Counted from the first letter of the stretch, positions 39,837 to 50,208 are shown. The stretch: 64,000 nucleotides of DNA from an uncultured Rhizobiaceae group bacterium (GCA_937930845.1 CALHBJ010000008.1:121132-185131), one strand, 5' to 3'. The notes: a model not told the origin generated them from the sequence alone. Program-made: numbers and translations.

Positions 39837-40874
39837 TCAGGGCGATTTCTTTTGGTCGGTGCTTTGGGTTTCCAACGGATCGATACCGGTAGGCTCTTCG
39901 CCCAATCCCGGCCCAATGCCGGGAAGTTGTGTGCCTGAATTCACGATCATGGCCCGCACCATGTTGATCACAGCCTGGTAGTCCTCGCGGCCAATCTGGG
40001 CAAAACCACCCGTCAGATTGGGTGCAATTGCTGCGTAGGCGCCCGGGGTCACTTCGTCCAGTTCGTCCAGAAATTCCCACAATAACGCACGCGCTTCAGG
40101 GTCCAGATTGGTGCGAACCGCATGGGGGCCATGGGGTATGGCCGGCGACCGCCAGATAATGCGGGATTTGGGTTTGTCCGCCGATAACCGGGCAGCAGTT
40201 CCGCGTTTAGTCGGGTCTTTGCCCAACGATATGAAGCTTTCACTTAGAACGGGTATCCAACCGAAAATCCCTGCTTTGTTTTCCTTGCGGTAAGCCTCAA
40301 TTGCAGCTTCCATGGAACCGGCATCGACCAATTCCCAATCGCCCTCTTCCAACCGCTGGCCAAGCAAACCCAGTTGATAATTTGGCAGCCCAAAGCCCGC
40401 AAATGAATCCCGACCCGGTATGAATATTTTTTGCCCCCGCAACCGGTCGATGCCATTGGCTTTCTTGTCATTGGTAAGCAGCACGGACTGGAAGGCAATA
40501 GATCCATCGGCTGCCCGTGGTGCGGCTAGAGGCTCCACGCATTTGCACAAGACCCAGGCTGCAGAAAACGCGGATGCGGAATAAATGGCATATTCAATAC
40601 GGGAGCCCAAATGGGCTTCAATCAAGGCCTGATGGTCCGGCACTGTGAAAATTTCCACGGGGAGTGACAGCTTTTTTGCCAGCGCTTCCTGAAATGGGCG
40701 TGCGCGCCTTGCTTCCAGAACAGGCCTGCCGCCATCAACCATGCCAACGCGAAACACGCCGAGTTTCTCGCGCCATCCCGCGAAGGCGTCACTGACAGGA
40801 AACGTGTGGCTAAACAGTAATATGCAAATCAGCAGTGCCAGTTTGGGCAACCGCGTCAAATTTCCAGACACCAT
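39837..40874 (-). CDS. PhnD/PtxB-fold periplasmic binding protein, orphan, with degenerate ligand site
   Basis: Signal peptide, WREKLGVFRVG, IWRSPAIPHGPHAVR..LD; canonical STSG read as SFAG. Confidence 0.75.
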   Translation of the reverse strand: MVSGNLTRLPKLALLICILLFSHTFPVSDAFAGWREKLGVFRVGMVDGGRPVLEARRARPFQEALAKKLSLPVEIFTVPDHQALIEAHLGSRIEYAIYSASAFSAAWVLCKCVEPLAAPRAADGSIAFQSVLLTNDKKANGIDRLRGQKIFIPGRDSFAGFGLPNYQLGLLGQRLEEGDWELVDAGSMEAAIEAYRKENKAGIFGWIPVLSESFISLGKDPTKRGTAARLSADKPKSRIIWRSPAIPHGPHAVRTNLDPEARALLWEFLDELDEVTPGAYAAIAPNLTGGFAQIGREDYQAVINMVRAMIVNSGTQLPGIGPGLGEEPTGIDPLETQSTDQKKSP

Positions 40875-41538
40875 TCACATCTTCCCCATCGCGCATGTTC
40901 AGCGATTGCATTGAATCTGACTCAGCGGAAGGGGACAATCCCAATGCCGACTGCAAGCCTTCAGAGACGACCAGTGACACGATGGTCGCGGCCAGAAAAT
41001 AAAGCGCAGCGCGCCCCATTGAAAGTCCCAACATGGTTCGGGTGACCCGGAAAGAACCAATCAGCATCATGCTCAAAACCATGATGACAATGATCAATGG
41101 AAGTAAAGAGGTTTGTTCCGGGTCGCCGGAACTGGACAGCAATATAAGGGGAAATCCCAATAAGCTGAATATCGGCGCTGCCCAATTGTGCACGGCAAGG
41201 CACAGCGGGAAGCGCGCGGATTGTTCCGGCGAACGGCACAAAAGGTATAACATCGCCATGGATGCAAAATAGGCCAGCAATATCGTCATCACATTGAGCA
41301 CCACATGACTGAATTTTGAATGCTGTATGGCAATGCCCGATGCGGTGCGAACATCGTAGCTCATGGAGAGAAACGAGGCATCGATCAGCGCCATGATGAC
41401 CAATGCACCAAAGGACGCTGCAATGGCCTGACTTGAGAAGTCGATACGCGCCTGCCCGCCAGATTTACCAAACATGATATCGACGGTTCCGGCCAATGCC
41501 TCCAAAAGATTGGATCTGCCGGCTGGGGGCGTGCTCAT
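40810..41538 (-). CDS. Multi-TM hypothetical membrane protein downstream of dapE
   Basis: About 5 hydrophobic helices, VHNW motif; C-terminus overlaps the next gene by 65 nt. Confidence 0.7.
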   Translation of the reverse strand: MSTPPAGRSNLLEALAGTVDIMFGKSGGQARIDFSSQAIAASFGALVIMALIDASFLSMSYDVRTASGIAIQHSKFSHVVLNVMTILLAYFASMAMLYLLCRSPEQSARFPLCLAVHNWAAPIFSLLGFPLILLSSSGDPEQTSLLPLIIVIMVLSMMLIGSFRVTRTMLGLSMGRAALYFLAATIVSLVVSEGLQSALGLSPSAESDSMQSLNMRDGEDVNGVWKFDAVAQTGTADLHITV

Positions 41539-41545
41539 TGTGAAC

Positions 41546-42760
41546 TCATGTGGCGCTTTGCCCAAAATAGATCTGGAGAAACTTGTCATACACTTCGGTC
41601 AGTTTATCCAGATCCGCAAGTGGAACCCGTTCATCAATCTGATGCATGGTCTGGCCGACCAGACCAAATTCCACCACCGGACAGACATCCTTGATGAACC
41701 GCGCATCGCTGGTGCCGCCGCCGGTCGTCAACTTAGGTTGAACTCCAGTTACCTGGGATATGGCTTTTGACAGGGCTCCGATTAATTGTTCATCGCGGGT
41801 GAGAAAGACGTGGCTGGGCCGTTCCGTATAACTCACCGACCACGCCACCGGTGGCCGGTCTGCTCCATCTACAGGTGGGCGAAGGGTGCCCGTGTTGACT
41901 GCGGCCGCCGCGCACCGGTTCTCGATTTCTGCCTTAATGCTATCTGCGCCCCAAAGATCATTAAAGCGGATGTTAAAACGTGCCTGGGCCTGGGCTGGAA
42001 TGACGTTATATGCGGGATTGCCCACATCAATGGAGGTGATTTCCAGATTGGTCGGCTGGAAATTTTCAGTGCCCTCGTCAAATGGTACGCTCAACAAAGC
42101 ATCTGCCAGGGCAACAATCGAACGAACGGGATTGTCCGCCAGATGGGGGTAAGCGGCATGCCCCTGCTTGCCCTCCACGGTGAGCGTGCCGGAGATGGAG
42201 CCCCGACGGCCAATTTTTATCACATCCCCAATTGCCTGCGGATTGGTGGGTTCGCCAACAATACAGGCATCGATTTGTTCTCCCTGCTGTACCAGCCAGT
42301 CGAGAATAGCGCTTGTGCCATTGACCGCCGGGCCCTCTTCATCGCCTGTGATCAACAGAGAGATCGACCCTTCGAAAGCGGAGAGGCGCCCTAAAAAACC
42401 CTCAACGGCGGCTACAAAACAAGCGATACCCCCCTTCATGTCGACCGCACCGCGTCCAAACATCACGTCGTCGTGGACATCACCGGCAAAGGGTTGATGT
42501 GTCCAGCTTGTCTCATCGCCGGTTGGCACAACGTCCGTGTGACCCGCGAAACACAGGTTTGGTGAAGCCGTGCCCAAACGGGCATAGAGATTTTCAACAT
42601 CTGGGGTGTTTGGGCTGGAAAAAATCCTGCGCCGAACATCAAACCCAAGTCGTTCGAGTTCAGCCTGCAAATAATCGAGCGCCCCGCCTTCAACAGGTGT
42701 GACGGAGGGACAACGAATGAGTTCACGCAAATGCGTGGCGGATTTGGATATCTTGGTCAT
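41546..42760 (-). CDS. dapE: Succinyl-diaminopimelate desuccinylase
   Basis: FAGHTDVVP, GRGAVDMKGG, ITGDEEG, VGEPT, GRRGS, GHAAYPH, GGTSDARF, HQIDE. Confidence 0.97.
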   Translation of the reverse strand: MTKISKSATHLRELIRCPSVTPVEGGALDYLQAELERLGFDVRRRIFSSPNTPDVENLYARLGTASPNLCFAGHTDVVPTGDETSWTHQPFAGDVHDDVMFGRGAVDMKGGIACFVAAVEGFLGRLSAFEGSISLLITGDEEGPAVNGTSAILDWLVQQGEQIDACIVGEPTNPQAIGDVIKIGRRGSISGTLTVEGKQGHAAYPHLADNPVRSIVALADALLSVPFDEGTENFQPTNLEITSIDVGNPAYNVIPAQAQARFNIRFNDLWGADSIKAEIENRCAAAAVNTGTLRPPVDGADRPPVAWSVSYTERPSHVFLTRDEQLIGALSKAISQVTGVQPKLTTGGGTSDARFIKDVCPVVEFGLVGQTMHQIDERVPLADLDKLTEVYDKFLQIYFGQSAT

Positions 42761-42826
42761 GGGATCATCAGTTAGCGGCTTTCGCCGCCTAATTGAACCC
42801 GAAACTCACCGGGCAACCCAATGAGT

Positions 42827-43693
42827 TTATTCATCATAGGCGGGAATGTTGGAAACGCCCGGCAGCAAATATACCGTTGGCACTTCGGGCAGGTTGCGCA
42901 GGGACAAATCAAGCCGGTTCTGCGCAATTTGAACCACCGGTACGTCATCCCCCAGACGGCTTAGAAACTGAGGCAATGCACCGGCTGAACGCACATGCAT
43001 CGGCAGGATCACAGATGAACGCAGACGCTGTAACAATTCGCCAACACTGGCATGGGTGATCGTCAGCCCTCCATCCACAGGAACCATGACCACATCCAGA
43101 CGGCCAATCTTGGTGTAATGATCCTCGCTGAGCTTGTGATGCAGATGGCCCAGATGCCCGATGCACAGCCCGGCGGTTTCAAAAATGAAAATTGAATTCC
43201 CGTCTGGAATATTTTGAAATCGCAGGATGTCCGTGGTTACATTTCGCACCACCACATCCCCTACCATTTCATTATATTGCGCGATCTTGCCCACGCCGGC
43301 CCAGCCGCGGAACACGTGTTTGATCTTTGGATCAGGCGTTCTTGTGTAGTGGGATGAGTGGGCAAAATTCATGGTGACGGCATCGGGTGTCACCGGGTCA
43401 ATCAGCCACCCGGCGAAATCGGTCGCAACCTGAATGCCGGTGGGGCTTTTGATGAGATAGGTGGAATGGCCCTGGAAGGAAATGGACACCGTATAGGCAT
43501 CAGCCTGTGCCGGTTGTGCAAAACTGGCAAACCTGACGGGCACATTTGGCGCGCGCAAATTATTCGCAATGGCCTGGCAAGTGCTGACCGGCGGGCTATT
43601 TGTCGTTTGCGCAAGCACATCGACCGACCGCAAGGCGGGGCTGGCCGCCAGGGCAAGAGTTAGGGCAAACAGACATTTCACCGGGCGTATCAT
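42827..43693 (-). CDS. Exported metallo-beta-lactamase-fold hydrolase
   Basis: Signal peptide; GHST, degenerate AHSSHY motif, HLGHL, PMH. Confidence 0.75.
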   Translation of the reverse strand: MIRPVKCLFALTLALAASPALRSVDVLAQTTNSPPVSTCQAIANNLRAPNVPVRFASFAQPAQADAYTVSISFQGHSTYLIKSPTGIQVATDFAGWLIDPVTPDAVTMNFAHSSHYTRTPDPKIKHVFRGWAGVGKIAQYNEMVGDVVVRNVTTDILRFQNIPDGNSIFIFETAGLCIGHLGHLHHKLSEDHYTKIGRLDVVMVPVDGGLTITHASVGELLQRLRSSVILPMHVRSAGALPQFLSRLGDDVPVVQIAQNRLDLSLRNLPEVPTVYLLPGVSNIPAYDE

Positions 43694-43749
43694 GGCGTAG
43701 ACCTTTGGTTTGAAGGTTACTCCCCTGATGTAAAGCTAATGAAATTCGG

Positions 43750-43783
43750 GCGGGCATGGCAACTCACAATTTGCCATGCCCGC
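43750..43783. terminator. Perfect 13-bp hairpin after dapD
   Basis: GCGGGCATGGCAA-N8-TTGCCATGCCCGC. Confidence 0.65.
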
Positions 43784-43797
43784 ACCAATGGCAGGAT

Positions 43798-44643
43798 TTA
43801 GTCGCGCAAAAGTTCGTTGATTGCCGTTTTGCTGCGGGTCTTTTCGTCCACGGTTTTCACGATCACGGCGCAGTACAAGCCTGGTCCCGGCTCACCATTG
43901 CCCATGGGTTTGCCAGGCATGGTGCCAGCCACCACAACCGAATAGGGCGGGACTTCGCCATAGGAAACCTCACCGGTGGCACGGTTTACGATTTTTGTGG
44001 ACTGGCCGATATAGACCCCCATGCCCAGCACCGCGCCTTCGCGCACAATGCATCCTTCCACAACTTCCGAGCGCGCACCGATGAAACAATTGTCTTCGAT
44101 AATGACCGGGCCTGCCTGCAAGGGTTCCAATACGCCGCCAATGCCAACGCCGCCTGAAAGGTGTACGTTTTTACCAATCTGGGCGCAGGAACCCACGGTT
44201 GCCCAGGTATCGACCATGGTTCCTTCATCGACAAAGGCACCCAGATTTACAAATGAAGGCATCAGGACAACGTTTTTTGCAATATGGGCTGAATGGCGCA
44301 CGACGCAATTGGGAACGGCTCTGAACCCCGCTGCGCGGAACTGGCTTTCACCCCAGTTTTCAAACTTGGAAGGCACCTTGTCCCACCAGGTTGCATTGCC
44401 CGGCCCGTTCCTAATGACTTCCATATCATTGAGGCGGAAGGACAGGAGCACCGCCATTTTCAGCCATTGATTGACCTGCCAATTGCCGTCATCGCCACGC
44501 TGGGCCACGCGGACCTGGCCGCTGTCCATGAGATTGAGCGCCTGTTGAACGGCGTCGCGCACTTCGCCCTTTGTGCCCGTGTCAATTGTGTCGCGGGCTT
44601 CAAATGCGGTTTCGATCGTGGATTGGAGGTCAGATAGGCTCAT
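43798..44643 (-). CDS. dapD: Tetrahydrodipicolinate N-succinyltransferase
   Basis: [51 protein letters not shown]. Confidence 0.98.
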   Translation of the reverse strand: MSLSDLQSTIETAFEARDTIDTGTKGEVRDAVQQALNLMDSGQVRVAQRGDDGNWQVNQWLKMAVLLSFRLNDMEVIRNGPGNATWWDKVPSKFENWGESQFRAAGFRAVPNCVVRHSAHIAKNVVLMPSFVNLGAFVDEGTMVDTWATVGSCAQIGKNVHLSGGVGIGGVLEPLQAGPVIIEDNCFIGARSEVVEGCIVREGAVLGMGVYIGQSTKIVNRATGEVSYGEVPPYSVVVAGTMPGKPMGNGEPGPGLYCAVIVKTVDEKTRSKTAINELLRD

Positions 44644-44748
44644 GTTTTTTGGCTTTCGGCTAAGCGGTCTGTGTTTCGTTGGTGGTGTTTACAGCGCTGC
44701 GGCCTCAAAGGGCAATCAAAATTGGAACAAGTTGGCGAACTCACCTCT

Positions 44749-44777
44749 TTGACGCAGCTTCATCACGCCGCTATGGC
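44749..44777 (+). promoter_or_regulatory. Putative sigma70 promoter for LOG-engB
   Basis: TTGACG-N17-TATGGC. Confidence 0.45.
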
Positions 44778-44809
44778 GTGTGTGTAATGATATTTGTGAA
44801 GGTTATCCC

Positions 44810-45655
44810 ATGACTTTGAAAGGCCATTCCACTCCCCACAATCCGCTCAAAGGATCGCGCCGGGATATTGAACAGGTCAAGACGGTTCCTGATACGCCGC
44901 AAACCCTGTCGCCTGCCTATAAACTGGCCTTTGACGATTCCGATTTCCTGTGCCGCGAAGAATTGCGCCCGGTACGGCTGCAATTAGAGTTGTTAAAACC
45001 GGAAATGTTGTTGGAAGAAGCTGGTATTGTTTCAACCACGGTATTGTTCGGTGGTGCCCGCATTGCGGAACCCGGCAAAGACCCTTGGGCGGCCAAAAAC
45101 GATATCCAACGCGAAAATCTGAAGAAAAGCAGCCGCTATTATACCGAAGCCCGCAATTTTGCGCGCTTGGCATCGCAGGCATCAGCGAAAACCAATTTTT
45201 CGGAATATGTGGTTGTGACCGGCGGTGGCCCAGGCGTGATGGAAGCCGGGAGCCGTGGTGCCCTCGACGCAGGCGCGCCTAATATTGGGCTCAACATCGT
45301 CTTGCCCCATGAGCAGGCCCCCAATGAATATGTCACGCCGGAATTTTCCTTCAACTTCCACTATTTCGCGATACGCAAAATGCACTTTTTGATGCGTGCC
45401 AGTTCTGTGGCGGTTTTCCCCGGCGGCTTTGGGACGCTTGACGAATTTTTTGAAACCCTGACCCTTATCCAGACAGGTCGCATGGAGCGCGTGCCGGTTC
45501 TGCTGTTTGGCAAGCATTTTTGGGAACGTGTCATCAATCTGGAAGCATTGGCCGAAGAGGGAACGATTTCACCCGATGACACGGACTTGTTCACTATTGT
45601 CGACACCGCCGAAGAGGGGTGGCACGTCATCTCGGAATTTTATGGTCTGAGCTGA
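44810..45655 (+). CDS. LOG-family (TIGR00730) nucleotide monophosphate nucleosidase
   Basis: [37 protein letters not shown]. Confidence 0.92.
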   Translation: MTLKGHSTPHNPLKGSRRDIEQVKTVPDTPQTLSPAYKLAFDDSDFLCREELRPVRLQLELLKPEMLLEEAGIVSTTVLFGGARIAEPGKDPWAAKNDIQRENLKKSSRYYTEARNFARLASQASAKTNFSEYVVVTGGGPGVMEAGSRGALDAGAPNIGLNIVLPHEQAPNEYVTPEFSFNFHYFAIRKMHFLMRASSVAVFPGGFGTLDEFFETLTLIQTGRMERVPVLLFGKHFWERVINLEALAEEGTISPDDTDLFTIVDTAEEGWHVISEFYGLS

Positions 45656-46332
45656 TGCCAGAAGCTACACCTGAAGAGCTTGAACATGCGCGGCTAAAGG
45701 GGCTTGCGCGAAAATTCTTCGCACAGAGCTGGATTTTCGTGCGCGGTGTTCCGGCAATGGAATTCTTGCCCCCCGAAGGACCGGCAGAAGTCGCTTTCGC
45801 GGGTCGATCGAATGTGGGGAAATCATCTCTCATCAATGCGCTGACCGCCGCCAAAGGCCTTGCCCGCACCTCCAACACACCGGGGCGTACCCAGGAGTTG
45901 AATTTTTTCGTGCAGGACGGCGACTATGAAGGGGGTGTCCCGCCTCTGGCCCTTGTGGACATGCCTGGATATGGGTTTGCCAAGGCACCAAAAGCGGCTG
46001 TGGATGCCTGGACCCAGCTGATATTCAGTTATTTGCAGGGCAGATCGACCCTCAAACGTGTGTTCGTTTTGATCGATTCACGGCATGGGCTGAAAAAGAA
46101 TGATGAGGAAGTGCTCGACCTCCTCGACAAGGCCGCCGTATCCTATCAGCTGGTGCTCACCAAGACTGACAAGATCAAGCCACCTGCGCTGGTTCGCCTT
46201 GAGGCCGAAACATTGCAGAAGATATCAAAACGAGCAGCAGCTTTCCCCAACCTGGTTTCCACTTCCAGTGAAAAGGGCCACGGGGTGGACGATTTGAAAG
46301 CTGCAATCCTTTTTGCCATCGGCGGGGGCTGA
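45655..46332 (+). CDS. engB: Ribosome-biogenesis GTPase EngB/YihA/YsxC
   Basis: [23 protein letters not shown]; TGATG overlap with LOG. Confidence 0.95.
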   Translation: MPEATPEELEHARLKGLARKFFAQSWIFVRGVPAMEFLPPEGPAEVAFAGRSNVGKSSLINALTAAKGLARTSNTPGRTQELNFFVQDGDYEGGVPPLALVDMPGYGFAKAPKAAVDAWTQLIFSYLQGRSTLKRVFVLIDSRHGLKKNDEEVLDLLDKAAVSYQLVLTKTDKIKPPALVRLEAETLQKISKRAAAFPNLVSTSSEKGHGVDDLKAAILFAIGGG

Positions 46333-46368
46333 GCCGAACTGGTTGCCGCAATGTGGCTGGCCGCGCGC

Positions 46369-46803
46369 CTAATCGTCGCGCACCCGGCCTCTTAACTGTT
46401 TCACATTGCCGCGTTTGGTTTTGGAATCCATGCGCTTGCGCCGTGCATTCATGCTGGGGCGTGTGGGTTTGCGTTTTGGCGGTGGCGGCTTTGCGGCTTC
46501 TGCAATAAGTGCAATCAGGCGCTCGCGGGCGTCCTGACGATTACGCTCCTGGGTGCGGAAGCGCGTTGCCTGAATCATTATTTCACCCGCCGCATTCAAA
46601 CGCTGGCCCGCCAATTTTTCCAAACGGGCAATGATGGCAAATGGCAAAGTGGGAGCTGCGCGGGGATTGTACCGCAACTGAACGCCACTGGCGATCTTGT
46701 TGACATTTTGCCCCCCTGCGCCGCCCGACAGAATGAACCGCTCCGTCAGATCACTTTGAAGAATGTATAAATCGCCAGATATGGGGATACGAATTTCAGC
46801 CAT
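46369..46803 (-). CDS. arfB: Alternative ribosome-rescue factor ArfB
   Basis: GGAGGQNVNK, RTQERNRQDARERL, basic tail RKPTRPS..RRKRMDSK; true start 46803 (the longer ORF upstream is a shadow). Confidence 0.93.
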   Translation of the reverse strand: MAEIRIPISGDLYILQSDLTERFILSGGAGGQNVNKIASGVQLRYNPRAAPTLPFAIIARLEKLAGQRLNAAGEIMIQATRFRTQERNRQDARERLIALIAEAAKPPPPKRKPTRPSMNARRKRMDSKTKRGNVKQLRGRVRDD

Positions 46804-46893
46804 GCTCTGATTTAAACGTGTAGTGGGGCAATTGGAATTGACTTTAGCAATTGGTTTCCGAACATATGAACAAAGACAGCGACGAGGATCACC

Positions 46894-48705
46894 ATGGCCG
46901 AAATTAAGAAAACAAAAGACCAGCTGCGTTCCAAACTTTGGTTTGCCAATCCCGACGACATGGACATGACCGCACTTTATATCGAGCGGTACATGAACTG
47001 GGGGCTGACACGCGAAGAATTGCAATCCGGTAAACCCATCATCGGCATCGCCCAATCGGGCTCGGATTTGTCGCCCTGCAATCGCCATCACATTGTTCTG
47101 GCCGAACGGGTGCGCGAAGGCATTCGCGAGGCAGGCGGGATCGCGTTTGAGTTTCCGGTTCATCCCATTCAGGAAACCGGCAAACGGCCGACGGCCAATC
47201 TGGACCGCAATCTGGCCTATCTTGGCCTGGTGGAAACCCTGTTTGGCTATCCCCTGGACGGGGTCGTGCTGACAATCGGTTGTGACAAGACGACCCCTGC
47301 CATGCTGATGGCCGCAGCAACGGCCAACATTCCAGCCATCGCGCTTTCGGTCGGCCCCATGCTCAACGGGTGGTATAAAGGCCAACGCACCGGCTCCGGC
47401 ACCATTAAGTGGCATGCCAAGAAAGAGCTTTCGGCGGGCAATCTGAGCTACGAAGAATATACCGATATCGTGGCTTCCTCTGCGCCCTCCCCGGGCTATT
47501 GCAACACCATGGGCACCGCGACAACCATGAACTCCCTGGCTGAGGCACTTGGCATGTCGCTGGCCGGTTCCGCAGCCATCCCGGCGGTTCACAAAGAGCG
47601 GGCCAATATGGCCTATCATTCGGGCAAACGAATCGTCGACATGGTTTGGGAAGACGTGAAACCTTCCGACATCATGACCCGCGAGGCGTTCGAAAACGCA
47701 ATCGTGATCAATTCTGCCATTGGCGGTTCAACCAATGCTCCGATCCACCTCAAAGCCATCGCCAATCATTTGGGTGTGCGGCTGGACAATCAGGATTGGG
47801 AAGACCTGGGCTGGGACATTCCGCTATTGCTCAACCTTCAACCTGCAGGTGAATATCTGGGCGAGGACTATCACCATGCCGGCGGTGTTCCTGCAATTGT
47901 CAGTGAACTTGTGGGCGCAGGCAAACTGCCCAACCCGGATGCCATGACTGTTACTGGCAAGAGCATTGGCGAAAACTGCAGCGGTGCAGAAGTAATGGAT
48001 CGCAACGTGATCTGGCCGTTTGACAAGCCGATGATGCAAAAGGCGGGCTTTTTGAATTTGAAGGGCAATCTTTTCGCCACCGCGATCATGAAAACATCGG
48101 TGATTTCCGACGAATTTCGCGAGCGCTATTTGTCCAACCCGGATGATCCAAATGCGTTTGAAGGTCGCGCGGTGGTGTTTGATGGCCGTGAAGACTATCA
48201 CGCGCGCATCGATGACCCTGCACTGGAGATTGATGAATATACTTTGTTGTTCATTCGCGGCGCCGGTCCCATTGGTTATCCAGGTGGGGCAGAAGTGGTG
48301 AACATGCAGCCGCCTGCCGCTTTGCTGAAACGGGGCATCACGTCTTTGCCTTGTATCGGCGATGGCCGCCAATCGGGAACATCCGGCTCGCCCTCGATTC
48401 TCAACGCATCACCGGAAGCCGCTGTGGGCGGGGGTCTTGCCCTGTTGGAAACAGGTGACCGGGTGCGTATTGACCTCAATACCCGCGAGGCAAACATTTT
48501 GCTGTCGAACGAAGAACTGGCTGCAAGGCAAGAGGCCGTGAACGCCAAGATTGCCAATGGTGGCCTGGATTATGTCCCCGCCCATCAGACCCCATGGCAG
48601 GAAATCCAGCGCGGCATGGTTGAGCAATTTGAAGAAGGCATGGTGCTCAAACCGGCCACGAAATATCGCGATGTGGCCAAGATTATCCCCCGGGATAACC
48701 ACTGA
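46894..48705 (+). CDS. IlvD/Edd-family sugar-acid dehydratase (XylD/galactonate/arabinonate type)
   Basis: [41 protein letters not shown]; N-terminus resembles C. crescentus XylD. Confidence 0.92.
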   Translation: MAEIKKTKDQLRSKLWFANPDDMDMTALYIERYMNWGLTREELQSGKPIIGIAQSGSDLSPCNRHHIVLAERVREGIREAGGIAFEFPVHPIQETGKRPTANLDRNLAYLGLVETLFGYPLDGVVLTIGCDKTTPAMLMAAATANIPAIALSVGPMLNGWYKGQRTGSGTIKWHAKKELSAGNLSYEEYTDIVASSAPSPGYCNTMGTATTMNSLAEALGMSLAGSAAIPAVHKERANMAYHSGKRIVDMVWEDVKPSDIMTREAFENAIVINSAIGGSTNAPIHLKAIANHLGVRLDNQDWEDLGWDIPLLLNLQPAGEYLGEDYHHAGGVPAIVSELVGAGKLPNPDAMTVTGKSIGENCSGAEVMDRNVIWPFDKPMMQKAGFLNLKGNLFATAIMKTSVISDEFRERYLSNPDDPNAFEGRAVVFDGREDYHARIDDPALEIDEYTLLFIRGAGPIGYPGGAEVVNMQPPAALLKRGITSLPCIGDGRQSGTSGSPSILNASPEAAVGGGLALLETGDRVRIDLNTREANILLSNEELAARQEAVNAKIANGGLDYVPAHQTPWQEIQRGMVEQFEEGMVLKPATKYRDVAKIIPRDNH

Positions 48706-48729
48706 CTTCACGCTACAGAAGGAATAAAC

Positions 48730-49119
48730 ATGCGTAAGGGACTGCAAATTGCACTGGGAATCCTGTCATTGATTCCGATTTCTTTTGCAATATTAGGTGT
48801 CGTGACCGGCACCGGATTTTTCGTTGAGGCCAATGTGAATGTCGCCCGGCTGGACAATATGTTCCGCTATCTTTCCGGAACCTACATTCTGGTCACCCTG
48901 TTGTTGTGGTGGGCCATTCCTCAAATCGAGCGTGTTGGAACACTTCTCTCGCTGATTTGTGTCGCGCTTGTTCTGGGTGGCATCGGACGGCTTGTGTCGG
49001 TGATGACGGTTGGTCCCGGCGATGCCATGCAATTTGCCGGCATGGTGCTGGAACTGGGTTCGCCCCTGTTTCTGCTATGGCAAAGAGCGGTGGCCAGACA
49101 ATACGCTTCATCCCAATAA
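48730..49119 (+). CDS. DUF4345-like membrane protein
   Basis: 4 TM helices; LDNMFRYLSG, GGIGRLVS, ELG. Confidence 0.7.
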   Translation: MRKGLQIALGILSLIPISFAILGVVTGTGFFVEANVNVARLDNMFRYLSGTYILVTLLLWWAIPQIERVGTLLSLICVALVLGGIGRLVSVMTVGPGDAMQFAGMVLELGSPLFLLWQRAVARQYASSQ

Positions 49120-49131
49120 AAGAGACACCAA

Positions 49132-50004
49132 ATGACCCGCTCAACGCTCTCTTCATTCGGTCCCGCCTGCACGTTGGGGGAAGGACCGCTATGGCATCCG
49201 CTGCGCGAACAATTATTCTGGTTTGACATTCCAAAGGGGCTGTTGATCTGTAGCAACATACTCGGCGGACAACAGCGACAGTGGAATTTTGGCGAACCGG
49301 CATCAGCTGCAGGCTGGATCGATGAGGATACTTTGGTCGTGGCCACGTCCAGCGGCCTGCACAGGTTCGATATCGCATCAGGACGCTGGGATACCATCGC
49401 CGGATTGGAGGCCCAGAACGACAGCACCCGCTCAAATGATGGTCGTATCGCACCCGATGGCTCGTTCTGGATTGGCACCATGGCGTGTGATCTTGCTGCC
49501 AAAAAAGGGGCATTTTATCGCTATCATGCAGGCAGCATGACCCAGTTGATCGGGTCAGTCTCCGTGCCCAACGCCACCTGTTTTTCACCCGATGGGCGCA
49601 CCGCCTATCTTGCTGACACGTTCAATCAGATTATCTGGAAATGGGCGTTGGATGAAAACGGCGCACCCATGGGTGAATATGAAACCCATATCGACCTGCG
49701 TGGGGACAATCTCAACCCGGACGGGGCGGTATGCGACAGCGAAGGTTATTTATGGAATGCCCAATGGGGTGCGTCCCGCGTTGCCCGCTACGCACCGGAT
49801 GGAACATTGGACTCCACGATTGAGCTGCCGGTCAGCCAACCCACATGCCCGGCATTTGGTGGCAATGATCTTAAAACGCTATACGTGACTTCCGCAAAAG
49901 AAGGACTTTCAGCCGCCGAACTGGAAAAACAACCCGATGCGGGCAAGGTTTTCATGATTTCGGTGGATGTTCCAGGCCTCGCCGAACATCCGTTCAAAGG
50001 GTGA
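49132..50004 (+). CDS. SMP-30/gluconolactonase-family sugar lactonase
   Basis: LGEGPLW, RSNDGR, PNATCFSPD, PDGAVCDSEG, PTCPAFGG. Confidence 0.92.
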   Translation: MTRSTLSSFGPACTLGEGPLWHPLREQLFWFDIPKGLLICSNILGGQQRQWNFGEPASAAGWIDEDTLVVATSSGLHRFDIASGRWDTIAGLEAQNDSTRSNDGRIAPDGSFWIGTMACDLAAKKGAFYRYHAGSMTQLIGSVSVPNATCFSPDGRTAYLADTFNQIIWKWALDENGAPMGEYETHIDLRGDNLNPDGAVCDSEGYLWNAQWGASRVARYAPDGTLDSTIELPVSQPTCPAFGGNDLKTLYVTSAKEGLSAAELEKQPDAGKVFMISVDVPGLAEHPFKG

Positions 50005-50147
50005 TCCAGACTTGGTGAACCGCGTTGTCGGCACCACATTACTCAATATTTTCGGTGTCTTAACGGATATTAACCAAACCTGTGAACCAGTTATTTACCT
50101 ATCACGGATTAGTATAAAACTAATCATTCCAAATTTTATTCAATTTG

Positions 50148-50163
50148 TTCACACCGTGTTAAC
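50148..50163. promoter_or_regulatory. CtrA-like site in an AT-rich promoter
   Basis: TTCA-N7-TTAAC; also TTAA-N6-TTAA at 50060-50073. Confidence 0.45.
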
Positions 50164-50208
50164 GCGCACTGCGTGATCATGCCCTTCGACAAGACCAAGG
50201 AGGGTATC

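Noticed and set aside
46804-47619. 416-aa minus-strand ORF 46369-47619
   Set aside because: Only the last 144 aa (from ATG 46803) are ArfB; the rest is the antisense shadow of the dehydratase plus the intergenic region.
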